A DNA stretch of 64,000 bases. Source: Myxococcota bacterium (GTDB lineage Bacteria > Myxococcota_A > UBA9160 > UBA6930). The notes under the pieces were generated by a model, which was given only the letters and a program-made list of their open reading frames with translations, ran no database searches and was not told where the DNA came from. Positions 19,464-28,471 of the stretch are shown here, piece after piece. The translations under genes were made by a program, and so were the position numbers. The stretch lies in contig OZ245015.1 in the NCBI GenBank assembly GCA_965223705.1, forward strand, positions 4,416,001 through 4,480,000. Reading direction: 5' to 3'. The stretch's first letter is position 1. Each line of letters opens with the position of its first letter.

Positions 19464-20267
19464 ATGACGCGTCCGTTCGTTCCGAGCGGAGTGATCACGA
19501 TCACGACGGATTTCGGTCACCGCGGCCCGTTCGTCGGCGTGATGAAGGGCGTCGTCCTGCGCCGTTTTCCGCAGGGACGCATCGTCGACCTGACGCACGA
19601 AACGCACGTGCACTGGCCGGCCGAAGCGGGGTTCTGGCTCGAGAGGGCTTTCCCGTACTTTCCGGAGGGAACGGTCCATCTCGCCGTCGTCGACCCCGGC
19701 GTCGGCACCGAGCGGGCCGTGCTCCTCGTCTTGGCTGGCGGCCACCTGTTTGTCGCTCCCGACAACGGTCTGCTCGCGGGGATCGTCGAACGCCTGGGAG
19801 GTCAAGCACTCCGCGTCGACCACGACCGACTCGATAACCTCGGGTTGGGCCCCTTGAGCGCGACCTTCCACGGCCGCGATCTTTTCGCACCCCTCGCGGC
19901 GGAACTCGCGGCGGGAAACATCGCGCCCGCCGACATCGCCGCGCCGTGCGAAGTGTTCGTTCCCTCGCTGATCGACCCCCCGGATCTCCGGGGAGACGAA
20001 GTGCGCGGTGTCGTTGTCACGACAGATCACTTCGGCAACTTGATTACGAACATCGACAGTCAGCTTCTCGATCGTTTTTCGTTTCCCGCGGCCGTCGTCG
20101 CTGGGCGGCGGATCCCGGTGCGTCGGACATACGCCGAAGTCTCGCCCGGCGATCTCCTCGCACTGATCAATTCCTTCGACGTACTCGAGATCGCACGCGC
20201 CGAGCAAAGCGCTGCCGAAGCACTCGGCATCGGCTGGGGAGCGCCGGTCTCGGTCGTGGAAGACTAG
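19464..20267 (+). CDS. SAM hydroxide adenosyltransferase (DUF62; chlorinase/fluorinase superfamily)
   Basis: TTDFG, VVDPGVGTER, APDNG, SATFHGRD, DHFGNLITN. Confidence 0.9.
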   Translation: MTRPFVPSGVITITTDFGHRGPFVGVMKGVVLRRFPQGRIVDLTHETHVHWPAEAGFWLERAFPYFPEGTVHLAVVDPGVGTERAVLLVLAGGHLFVAPDNGLLAGIVERLGGQALRVDHDRLDNLGLGPLSATFHGRDLFAPLAAELAAGNIAPADIAAPCEVFVPSLIDPPDLRGDEVRGVVVTTDHFGNLITNIDSQLLDRFSFPAAVVAGRRIPVRRTYAEVSPGDLLALINSFDVLEIARAEQSAAEALGIGWGAPVSVVED

Positions 20268-20792
20268 ATGGACCATGCGCACGGTCCGGCCGCGATTCGT
20301 TATTGCTCGAATTGCGGGGGCGAGGTCGCGGAACGATCCGTCGAAGGAAAAACGCGACCGGTCTGTACGCGGTGCGACCGCGTGCACTATCGCGAAGCGA
20401 AGGTCGCTGTCGCCGCAGCCGTCGTGTCCGGGGGAAAGCTCCTGTTGGTGAAGCGGCGCTACCCGCCCGAGCAGGGCAAGTGGGGACTGCCGGGCGGCTA
20501 CCTCGATCCCGGAGAAGACCCAGCCGTTGCGGCGGCCCGGGAAACCCGCGAAGAAACGGGTGTGATTCTCGAGCGTTGCGAGCTTCTCGACGTCTTGTTC
20601 AACGCGGAACCCGGCGGCGCCGATATTTCCGTCGTGTATGAGGCGGTCTCGCGGAGTGCGACGCCGGTCGCGGGCGATGACGCGGAGCACGCCGTGTTCT
20701 TCGACCTCGACGAGCTGCCGGAGCTCGCGTTCAAAAGCACGTCCCGTGCAGTCGAGCGGCTCCGAGCCATCCTCGCGCGGACATCCCGTTGA
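20268..20792 (+). CDS. NUDIX hydrolase with N-terminal zinc ribbon
   Basis: YCSNCG...CTRC; PGGYLDPGE...AAARETREETG Nudix box. Confidence 0.9.
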   Translation: MDHAHGPAAIRYCSNCGGEVAERSVEGKTRPVCTRCDRVHYREAKVAVAAAVVSGGKLLLVKRRYPPEQGKWGLPGGYLDPGEDPAVAAARETREETGVILERCELLDVLFNAEPGGADISVVYEAVSRSATPVAGDDAEHAVFFDLDELPELAFKSTSRAVERLRAILARTSR

Positions 20793-21766
20793 GCGACGTC
20801 GGCGTACTCCTGGTCAACCTCGGCACGCCCGATGCGCCGACGGCGTCCGCACTGCGGCGCTATCTGCGGGAGTTCCTCTCGGACCCGAGAGTCGTCGAGG
20901 TCCCCCGCCCGGTCTGGTGGTTCGTGCTTCGCGCTTTCATCCTCCCCTTTCGTCCGCGGAAGAGCGCGGAAGCCTACGCGGCCATCTGGGACATCGAACG
21001 CGACGCTTCCCCGCTGCGCGTGGCTACCGAGTCACTGGCGCAAGCGCTCGCCCCGCGGCTCGACGGCATCGAAGTCGAATGGGCGATGCGGTACGGGAAC
21101 CCGTCCCTCGCGCGTCGCATCGAACAGCTGATGGAACGCGGGGTACGACGCCTCCTCGTGTGGCCGCTTTATCCGCAATACAGCGCGAGCACGACGGGCA
21201 GTGTCGTCGACGGCGTGGGACACGTACTGGCATCCCTGCGGGATCAGCCGGCCGTTCGTTTCGTCCCGCCCTACTTCGCTGAGCCCGCTTACGTGTCGGG
21301 CGTGGCGTCGCAGACGAAGCGGGCGCTTTCCGCGCTCGATTGGGAGCCAGACGCCGTGCTCGCGTCGTTCCACGGTATTCCGGTCGCCTACGCCGAGCGC
21401 GGCGATCCCTATCCGAACCATTGTGAAGCGACCGCCGCCGCGCTTCGCCGGGCCCTCGAACTTCCGGAAGAGCGTTTCCTCGTCGCGTTTCAATCCCGTT
21501 TCGGACCTTCGGAATGGCTCACCCCGGCCACGGACAAGACGCTCGCGGAACTGCCGAGTCGCGGCGTCCGACACGTCGCCGTGGTGGCACCGGGCTTCGC
21601 TGCGGATTGCGTCGAAACGCTCGAGGAGCTCGGCCTGCGGGGCCGGGACACCTTTCGAGCCGCCGGCGGGGAGAATTTCGCGCTGCTTCCGTGCTTGAAC
21701 GCCGAGCCCGAAGCGATCGCCCTCGGCGAAACCATCCTGCGCCGTGAACTCGCGGGCTGGATCTAA
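20789..21766 (+). CDS. hemH: Ferrochelatase
   Basis: LLVNLGTP, MRYGNP, PLYPQYS, SFHGIP, FQSRFG, DCVETLEEL. Confidence 0.95.
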   Translation: MSDVGVLLVNLGTPDAPTASALRRYLREFLSDPRVVEVPRPVWWFVLRAFILPFRPRKSAEAYAAIWDIERDASPLRVATESLAQALAPRLDGIEVEWAMRYGNPSLARRIEQLMERGVRRLLVWPLYPQYSASTTGSVVDGVGHVLASLRDQPAVRFVPPYFAEPAYVSGVASQTKRALSALDWEPDAVLASFHGIPVAYAERGDPYPNHCEATAAALRRALELPEERFLVAFQSRFGPSEWLTPATDKTLAELPSRGVRHVAVVAPGFAADCVETLEELGLRGRDTFRAAGGENFALLPCLNAEPEAIALGETILRRELAGWI

Positions 21767-21771
21767 CTTTT

Positions 21772-21798
21772 CCCCACGAGGATCGATTCCCCGTGGGG
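21772..21798 (+). terminator. GC-rich hairpin after hemH (possible terminator)
   Basis: ccccacg (21772-78) / cgtgggg (21792-98) inverted repeat; weak U-tract. Confidence 0.4.
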
Positions 21799-21874
21799 TT
21801 CTGTATGATAGAAGTCAGCTCGAAACGGACTATCCGCTGTCCCCACGACGATGGCGAAACCAGAAGGACACCCC

Positions 21875-22954
21875 ATGAAGTTTGGCATCCAGCAAGTGAT
21901 CCCGGCTCACAAGGACTTAGACGATCGCGCGATGTTCCGTGAGGAGGTCGAATCGATCATCGAGTCCGAGCAAATGGGCTTCGACATCGTATGGACGGTG
22001 GAGCACCACTTTACCGACTACTCGATCTGCCCCGACAACATGCAGTACTTGACCTACATCGCGGCACGCACCAAGCGGCTGCTCCTCGCGACGGGCGCGA
22101 TCATCGTGCCCTGGAACGACCCGCTCCGCTGCGTCGAGAAGATGACGATGCTCGACCACCTGTCGGACGGCCGCGCGGTCTTGGGCCTCGGCCGCGGCCT
22201 CGCCCGGCGCGAGTACATCGGTTTCCGGCAGGACATGGGTGAAGCGCGTGAACGCTTCAACGAAGCTGCCGAAATGATCGTGCGCGGCCTGGAAGAGGGC
22301 TTCGTCGAGGGCAACGGGAAGTTCTACCCGCAGCCGCGTGTCGAAGTCCGGCCCCGCCCGATCTCGACCTTCAAGGGACGCCGCTATCAGGTCTGCATGT
22401 CGCCCGATTCGTTCGAGATCGCGGCGGAGCTCGGTCTCGGTGCGATGATGTTCTCTCAGTTCCCGTACGAGACGGTGGTCGATCAGATCAACGCCTACCG
22501 CCAGGACTTCCGCGCGAAGCACGGCGAAGAGCCGCCGCCCATCGTGACCGCGGATTTCGTGTCGATCGACAAGGACGCGAAGAAGGCGCTCGATATCGGC
22601 GGCGAGAAGATCATCCAGTACTTGATGACGGTGATGGATCACTACGAGATGCTCGACAAGAGCCATTTCGCCGAAACCGGAAGCTCGTACCAGCACTACG
22701 CGAACGCGGCGGAAGCGATGAAGGAGATGGGGCACGAAGCGCTGTGCGCCGGCTTCCTCGAGGCAAATCTCGCCGGGGACCCGTCGATGATTCGCGAGAA
22801 GCTCGAGAAGCGACGCGAGCTGATCGGCGACTTCGAGACGAGCGGCTGCTTCAGCTACTCGAGCATGCCCTACGACCGGGTACGCTCGTCGATGAAGCTC
22901 TTCGCGGAAGAAGTCGGCCCGATGCTCCACGGCTGGGAGCGCCAGGTCCGCTAG
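21875..22954 (+). CDS. LLM-class flavin-dependent oxidoreductase (LuxA-like)
   Basis: WTVEHHF, LDHLSDGRAVLGLGRG; TATGAT at 21804 upstream (alternative start 21851). Confidence 0.9.
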   Translation: MKFGIQQVIPAHKDLDDRAMFREEVESIIESEQMGFDIVWTVEHHFTDYSICPDNMQYLTYIAARTKRLLLATGAIIVPWNDPLRCVEKMTMLDHLSDGRAVLGLGRGLARREYIGFRQDMGEARERFNEAAEMIVRGLEEGFVEGNGKFYPQPRVEVRPRPISTFKGRRYQVCMSPDSFEIAAELGLGAMMFSQFPYETVVDQINAYRQDFRAKHGEEPPPIVTADFVSIDKDAKKALDIGGEKIIQYLMTVMDHYEMLDKSHFAETGSSYQHYANAAEAMKEMGHEALCAGFLEANLAGDPSMIREKLEKRRELIGDFETSGCFSYSSMPYDRVRSSMKLFAEEVGPMLHGWERQVR

Positions 22955-22958
22955 CGAG

Positions 22959-23822
22959 CTAACGGCGAAGCGACAGCTGGCTCATGCCGATTCCGGCGAG
23001 AATCAGCAGCAAGGCGAACAGTGCGCGGTGCTCCACGGTTTCTCCGAGGAGTACCGCGCCGCTCGTCAGGGCGACGCACGGAATCAAGTAGTTCATCAAC
23101 GAAGCGAACGTTGCGCCGGCCCGCAGGATCAAGCGGTAGACCACCCAAGTCGCAAACGCGGTGCCCCCTGCGCCGAGCCAGATCACGGACGCAATCGCTC
23201 CCAACGGGGCATTCGCGTACGGCGAAGCATCCCGTAGCCCGAGCGGAAGCATGATCAGCGCGGCGAGCGTAATCACCGCCGCCGAGGAAACGAGCGGCGG
23301 TGTCTCGGGCAAGCGGCGGATCAAGATCGCGTTGACGGCGTAGCAGAGCGCTCCGAGCAAGATCGAAGATTGGCGGAGCACGACGCTCCGACGCCCCCCG
23401 AGCCCTTCGATCGCGCCGGGCCCCATCAGCAGCACGATCCCCGCGAAACCGATGATAAAACCCAAGACGTGGTTCGGTCGCATCCGTTCGCCCGGCGAAT
23501 AGAAGTGGGCGAGGACCAGGGTGAGGAGCGGAATGACGCCCATCAACAGGCCGGCGGTCCCGCTCGAGACTTCTTCCTGCCCCCAACTGATCGCGGTGAA
23601 GGGAAGCGCGCTGCCGACGACGGCGAGGCACGCGAACCGCCACCAACGACCGACGTCTCGGGGATAGCGCTCTCCGGCGATCCAAAGCCAGACGTTGAGT
23701 ACGACCGCGGCGACGACGAGCCGGCCCGAAGTAAGTGCGACCGGGGGGATCTCGGTGACGGCGATCCCGATGAACATGAACGCCGTTCCCCACAAGAGGA
23801 CGAGCGTGAGCAGCAGGGTCAC
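22959..23822 (-). CDS. DMT/EamA family transporter
   Basis: LWGTAF, ~10 TM helices, GATFASLMNYLIP, LLGE. Confidence 0.88.
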   Translation of the reverse strand: MTLLLTLVLLWGTAFMFIGIAVTEIPPVALTSGRLVVAAVVLNVWLWIAGERYPRDVGRWWRFACLAVVGSALPFTAISWGQEEVSSGTAGLLMGVIPLLTLVLAHFYSPGERMRPNHVLGFIIGFAGIVLLMGPGAIEGLGGRRSVVLRQSSILLGALCYAVNAILIRRLPETPPLVSSAAVITLAALIMLPLGLRDASPYANAPLGAIASVIWLGAGGTAFATWVVYRLILRAGATFASLMNYLIPCVALTSGAVLLGETVEHRALFALLLILAGIGMSQLSLRR

Positions 23823-23938
23823 ACTTCGAAAATCGGCCCGGTCTAGAATGTAGGCTCCCTTCCGTCGTCGTCCCGGCGGTGAAATCTAGCTCCGACGACG
23901 CCAAGCTGGGATAGAGTGATCATCGAAGGAGAACCCCC

Positions 23939-25018
23939 GTGAAATTCAGCGCACACGTTCAGACCCGAATCGGCGATTGGCAGATCATCAAGGAGCTCGA
24001 GGATCTCGGGTACGACGCCGCGTGGGTCCCCGACACGCAAATGCAGTGGTCGGACTGCTACTCCGTGATGTCCCTCGCCGCGGCGAACACCTCGCGAATC
24101 AAGATCGGGACCGGCGTGCTGATCCCGGGTTGCCGCATCGCGCCGACCACCGCCGCGGCGCTCGCGTCCGTCAACGAACTCGCTCCGGGTCGTGTGTTTG
24201 CGGGGATCGGCACAGGGCACACGGCGATGCGGATCATGGGCCAAAAGCCGATGACGATTAAGAACTTCCGCGAGTATCTCCGCGTACTGCGCGCGCTGCT
24301 CTCGGGCGACGATGTCGATTTCACGTTCGAAGGGCGGACGCAGAACATAAGGTTCATGGACCACGGTCCTGGGTTCCGCAACTTGACGAATCCGATTCCT
24401 ATCTACGTAGCGGGCAACGGCCCCCTCGCGCTCAAGACCGCAGGCCAATACGGAGACGGCCTGGTCTCTCTCTTCAACGAACAGCCCGAGACGCTCCGGT
24501 ACCACATGGGCATGGTTCGCGAGGGCGCTGAGGAAGCGGGTCGGACACTGCCAGACGATTTCTACACGACCGCGCTCACCTCGACGGTGATCCTCAATCC
24601 CGGGGAGAGCTTGCGATCGGACCGTGCCATCGAAATCGCGGGCTCGTGGGTCGTTTGCTGCATTCACTTCGTCTACGAAGTGTGGCAGTACACGAAAAAC
24701 GACGAGGTCGTTCCGGAGTATCTATCGGGGATCTGGGAAGAATACGTCGACTACGTGAACAACATGGAGACGCCGGTCGAGAAGCGTTACCAACAGGTCC
24801 ACGAGGGTCACTGCAGCTTCCACCCACAAGCCGAGCGGCGTTTTATTACGCCGGAAGCGATCGAAGGCACGTGCATCACGGGCGATCCCAACGAAGTCGC
24901 CGAGAAAATTCGCAAGGCAGAAGCGGCCGGGCTCTCGGAAGTGAGCTTGCTGCCCCCGCTCGCCTACGCCCGCGAAGTGGTGCGCGACTTCGCCCAGAAA
25001 GTCATGCCCTTGATCTGA
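23939..25018 (+). CDS. LLM-class oxidoreductase (Mer-like clade)
   Basis: GYDAAWVPD, TSRIKIGTGV, APGRVFAGIGTG, PIYVAGNGP. Confidence 0.88.
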   Translation: MKFSAHVQTRIGDWQIIKELEDLGYDAAWVPDTQMQWSDCYSVMSLAAANTSRIKIGTGVLIPGCRIAPTTAAALASVNELAPGRVFAGIGTGHTAMRIMGQKPMTIKNFREYLRVLRALLSGDDVDFTFEGRTQNIRFMDHGPGFRNLTNPIPIYVAGNGPLALKTAGQYGDGLVSLFNEQPETLRYHMGMVREGAEEAGRTLPDDFYTTALTSTVILNPGESLRSDRAIEIAGSWVVCCIHFVYEVWQYTKNDEVVPEYLSGIWEEYVDYVNNMETPVEKRYQQVHEGHCSFHPQAERRFITPEAIEGTCITGDPNEVAEKIRKAEAAGLSEVSLLPPLAYAREVVRDFAQKVMPLI

Positions 25019-25030
25019 TACGCGTTCCCG

Positions 25031-26107
25031 CTAGCGAGAGAGCATGCCGTCGGTGAGGGTCGCACGCGCTTCGTCGACCAGGCGCCGCACGATCTCACTC
25101 GCCGGCAGGATCCCCTCGATCGCGGCAGCTCCCTGTCCGCAGGGCATCGATCCCCAGTCCGTGTCACCGTCCCGCCGAGCGACCACGTAGACGTCCTTCG
25201 AGTGCTTCCATTGGTGCGGGAAGGGAAGGATGTCCTGAGGACGTGATTCCCAGTCCGCCGTCCACCGGTTCTTGATCGTGCGCAGGGTCTTGCCCGAATA
25301 GCATCGCGTAATCACCGTGGCGTCCTCGTCCGCCTCGACGATTTTCTGTTTGTAGTTCGGATGCCCATGGGCTTCTTCGCTCGCGACGAAGCGAGTGCCG
25401 ACCCAAACGCCCGACGCGCCGAGCGCCAGAGCGGCAGCGACTCCGGCACCGGTGGTGATCCCACCCGCGGCCAGGACAGGCTTGCCGTCGCTTGCCGCCA
25501 CGACGGCGGGAACGAGGGCGGAGGTCGCGACACGACCGGTGTGACCGCCACCTTCGGTGCCTTGCGCGATGACGATGTCCGCGCCCGCCGCGCTCACTTT
25601 GCGGGCGGCACGCGCCGTACCCACCAACGCCATGACGGTGGTTCCGCGGTCGTGGAGGTCGTCCACCCAAGGGCCGGGGTTGCCGAGTCCGGAAGCGAAT
25701 ACGGGGGGCGCTTCCTCGACTACGACTTGCATCAGCTCTTGCGGCGTGACCCGTCTCCCGTCGCGATGGATGGCGAACTCGCCATGGCCGTCCTCGTAAT
25801 CCTCGGCCGTCATCGTGGGACGCTCTCCCAGCGGCCGCGGCGGCAGCACGCCGCCGGTGATTTGAATCGGAAGGATGAGATCCACTCCGAACGGTCGATC
25901 CGTCAGGCTGCGACACTTTTCAATCTCGAAGCGCAGGCGCTCCGGCGCGAAGCCTGCGCCACCGATCACGCCGAGGCCTCCGGCGTTCGAGACCGCCGCC
26001 GCGAGCTCGGCTCGTGCGACGTAACCCATGCCAGCGGAAACGATCGGGACCTCGATTCCCAAGATGTCGCAGGCCCGAGTATGCAGTGGGTTCTCCGATG
26101 ATTTCAC
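25031..26107 (-). CDS. Nitronate monooxygenase/FabK-like flavoprotein
   Basis: AAVSNAGGLG, QGTEGGGH, VLAAGGI, GVWVGTRF. Confidence 0.9.
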   Translation of the reverse strand: MKSSENPLHTRACDILGIEVPIVSAGMGYVARAELAAAVSNAGGLGVIGGAGFAPERLRFEIEKCRSLTDRPFGVDLILPIQITGGVLPPRPLGERPTMTAEDYEDGHGEFAIHRDGRRVTPQELMQVVVEEAPPVFASGLGNPGPWVDDLHDRGTTVMALVGTARAARKVSAAGADIVIAQGTEGGGHTGRVATSALVPAVVAASDGKPVLAAGGITTGAGVAAALALGASGVWVGTRFVASEEAHGHPNYKQKIVEADEDATVITRCYSGKTLRTIKNRWTADWESRPQDILPFPHQWKHSKDVYVVARRDGDTDWGSMPCGQGAAAIEGILPASEIVRRLVDEARATLTDGMLSR

Positions 26108-26187
26108 AGTGGCGCCCTCACGATCGCTTCAAAGCTCGCGTAAAACGAGCACACTCCTATACTCGCACGGATCGGATGGGGGATTCG

Positions 26188-26670
26188 ATGAAGACCTTTC
26201 GGAGGTCCGCGCCGCGCTGGCTCGCGGCGGTGGCACTGGCTTGCACGGTCGCCGGAGGTGGGTCCGGCTGCGTCGCCGCCGGCGCTTCGGTCGGTGCTGC
26301 GACCGCTGTCGGTACGGCGTATTTCCGCGGCGAGCATAAGTCCATTGAAGCGGCGCCCGTCTACCGGGTCTGGCTCGCGACCCTGGTCGCGCTCGACGAG
26401 CTCGGTTTGACGATCGAGCGGGAGAGTTTCCTGACCCATCGCGGCTACGCCACGGCTCGGCGCGAGGATGGCAAGGCCATCAAGATCGAAGTGCGCCGGC
26501 AAACGTCGCGGCTCACTCAGCTCCGCATCCGGGTGGGTACGTTTGGAGAAGAATCGCTCTCGCGGCTCATCGCCGATCGCGTTCATCGCGAAGTGATCGA
26601 CGCGGTTGCCGTCAGCGCCCCACCCCGTGGCGGCCGAGAAAATCTCGAATCAGCCATTGAGAGATACTGA
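26188..26670 (+). CDS. DUF3568-like lipoprotein
   Basis: Lipobox GSGC followed by VAAGA..GAATAVG; C-terminal IRVGTFGEESLSRLI. Confidence 0.65.
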   Translation: MKTFRRSAPRWLAAVALACTVAGGGSGCVAAGASVGAATAVGTAYFRGEHKSIEAAPVYRVWLATLVALDELGLTIERESFLTHRGYATARREDGKAIKIEVRRQTSRLTQLRIRVGTFGEESLSRLIADRVHREVIDAVAVSAPPRGGRENLESAIERY

Positions 26671-27445
26671 TGTCCCCCTCGAACGTCCTCGGCATGGCGC
26701 GCGCGGAGTACCAATCTGCTTCCTCGATCTCCTCACCGTCGACCTGAATCTCACCGCCTCGATACGTCGCGCGGAAACCGAGCATCAGGCTGTTCGGGTA
26801 AGGCCAGGGCTGGCTCCCGAAGTACGTGACTTCTCCGAGAAGCACGCCCGTTTCCTCGAGCACCTCTCGATGCACGGCTTCCTCTAGGCTCTCGCCGGGT
26901 TCGACGAACCCAGCGAGGACCGACAGGATGCCCGGCGGAAAATGCGGCGACCTCGCGAGGAGGATTTCATCGTCCCGTTCGACCGCGACGATGATCGCTG
27001 GAGCTAAACGCGGGAACTGTTGGAGTCCGCAGCCTCCGCAGACCCGTGCCCGCTCCTTCGTCGCCAGGTGTGTCGCTTCGCCGCACGCCCCGCAGTGCTG
27101 GTGGTTGCGATCCCAGTCGACGACTTGAACCGCGCGGCCGGCGACGTCGTAGAGCGGACTCTGCAGGCGTTTGTATAGCGCCTGAAGGGGACGGAAGGCC
27201 ATGCCGGTCGGCGGATCGCAAGCGGGATCGAGCTCGGCGGAAAAGCAGTGGCGATCGCCGAGCATTCCCAAGTATTGAGAGCGCACCGGGGTCACACCGA
27301 ACGGTCGCGGCCCGCTCGTTTCTTCGAGGGAGTCGTCGCTCCGAACGAGCAGCTGGCGCTCGCGAAACACGAACCAATAGCCGCGACCTTCCGCTTCTCC
27401 GGGCTCGATAGCCGCAGGGATGAATGCCGAATCCTCTCCGCTCAC
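26612..27445 (-). CDS. nudC: NAD(+)/NADH diphosphatase
   Basis: HCGACG...CGGC, PRLAPAII, AGFVEPGESLEEAVHREVLEE, SQPWPYP. Confidence 0.92.
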   Translation of the reverse strand: MSGEDSAFIPAAIEPGEAEGRGYWFVFRERQLLVRSDDSLEETSGPRPFGVTPVRSQYLGMLGDRHCFSAELDPACDPPTGMAFRPLQALYKRLQSPLYDVAGRAVQVVDWDRNHQHCGACGEATHLATKERARVCGGCGLQQFPRLAPAIIVAVERDDEILLARSPHFPPGILSVLAGFVEPGESLEEAVHREVLEETGVLLGEVTYFGSQPWPYPNSLMLGFRATYRGGEIQVDGEEIEEADWYSARAMPRTFEGDISISQWLIRDFLGRHGVGR

Positions 27446-28332
27446 GTTGTCTCCGAGATGTATTCGTGAAAGCGATCGTAACGCACCAGGGTCTCGCCCC
27501 GGTCTCCGCGCTCGAGGACGTCGACGAACCGCGCGTTCCAGACAATCGAGTGGGCCATATAGACGTGCTGCGCGTGGACGCTGGTCGCGAGCTCGTCGTC
27601 CACGCCGGTGACGCTCACGATGAGGGAGCCGTCTTCCGCTTCGATGTCCTCGGAACTCTTGCCGAAGAACGGGCTGTCGCGATCGATGTCGTGAAACGTG
27701 CTCCAGGTGTGCACGAGTAGGGGCGCGACGCTGCGGCGCAATGGGAGATCCACCAAGGTTCTTCGGGTCGCCCCCGTTTCGTCGGTCTCGCTTCGACCGT
27801 AGGTGACGCGCAGTTCGGCGTTCATGATCCGATTGGCGCGTTCGTTACCCATACGGAAGCTCAGCACGTGACCGCCCGGGTTCTTGGAAATCAGCGCCAC
27901 GTCGCTGAAGAGGATCTTCGCGGTGGGTCGCGCAAACTTCGCGAACACCAACCCGGTGGCGACCGCCGTCAAGAGGAGCGAGAGCAACATCTCCGCCGTC
28001 ACGAGAACGTGGGCGTAGGTCGTCTTGGGCGCCATGGTCCCGTAGCCGAGTGTGGAAAGCGTCTGGACGCTGAAGTTGAAGGCATCCCAGAACACGTCCG
28101 GCCGACTGCGTTCGATCGAACCCGGCTTCAGGTAGAACGCCACCGCGAAGAGCAGCGCGACCGCGATAAAGGTCGCGCTGACGACCCCGAGGAGTCTCCA
28201 CCAACTCCCGCTCACGAGCGCGTGATAGAGATCGAGCCAGAAGGGTCTTTTCAGCCCGATGCGTTGGGCGACGAAATCGCCGGTGACGGATACCGGTGCC
28301 GGATGTCGGCGGGTCTCCGGCTCTGTTCCCAA
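27442..28332 (-). CDS. Inward-rectifier potassium channel (KirBac-like)
   Basis: FSVQTLSTLGYG selectivity filter, GLVFAKFARP, FRMGNER, HDIDRDSPF. Confidence 0.92.
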   Translation of the reverse strand: MGTEPETRRHPAPVSVTGDFVAQRIGLKRPFWLDLYHALVSGSWWRLLGVVSATFIAVALLFAVAFYLKPGSIERSRPDVFWDAFNFSVQTLSTLGYGTMAPKTTYAHVLVTAEMLLSLLLTAVATGLVFAKFARPTAKILFSDVALISKNPGGHVLSFRMGNERANRIMNAELRVTYGRSETDETGATRRTLVDLPLRRSVAPLLVHTWSTFHDIDRDSPFFGKSSEDIEAEDGSLIVSVTGVDDELATSVHAQHVYMAHSIVWNARFVDVLERGDRGETLVRYDRFHEYISETT

Positions 28333-28471
28333 AACGCCTACTCCCGAAAAACTCTTGTGAGTCTTGAGGTTACTCGAGTTTTTACGCCCCGAAGATCGCC
28401 TGACGCGAGGTTTCTGCGCTCAGGATGCACAGGCACCAGTCCGAAGAAACCCGTCGGGAGGGTACGGGAAA

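Noticed and set aside
19464..20267. Possible SAM-dependent fluorinase/chlorinase
   Set aside because: It retains the Asp (VVDPG), Arg (TER) and His (TFHGRD) triad of DUF62 SAM hydrolases, and no halometabolite cluster is nearby.
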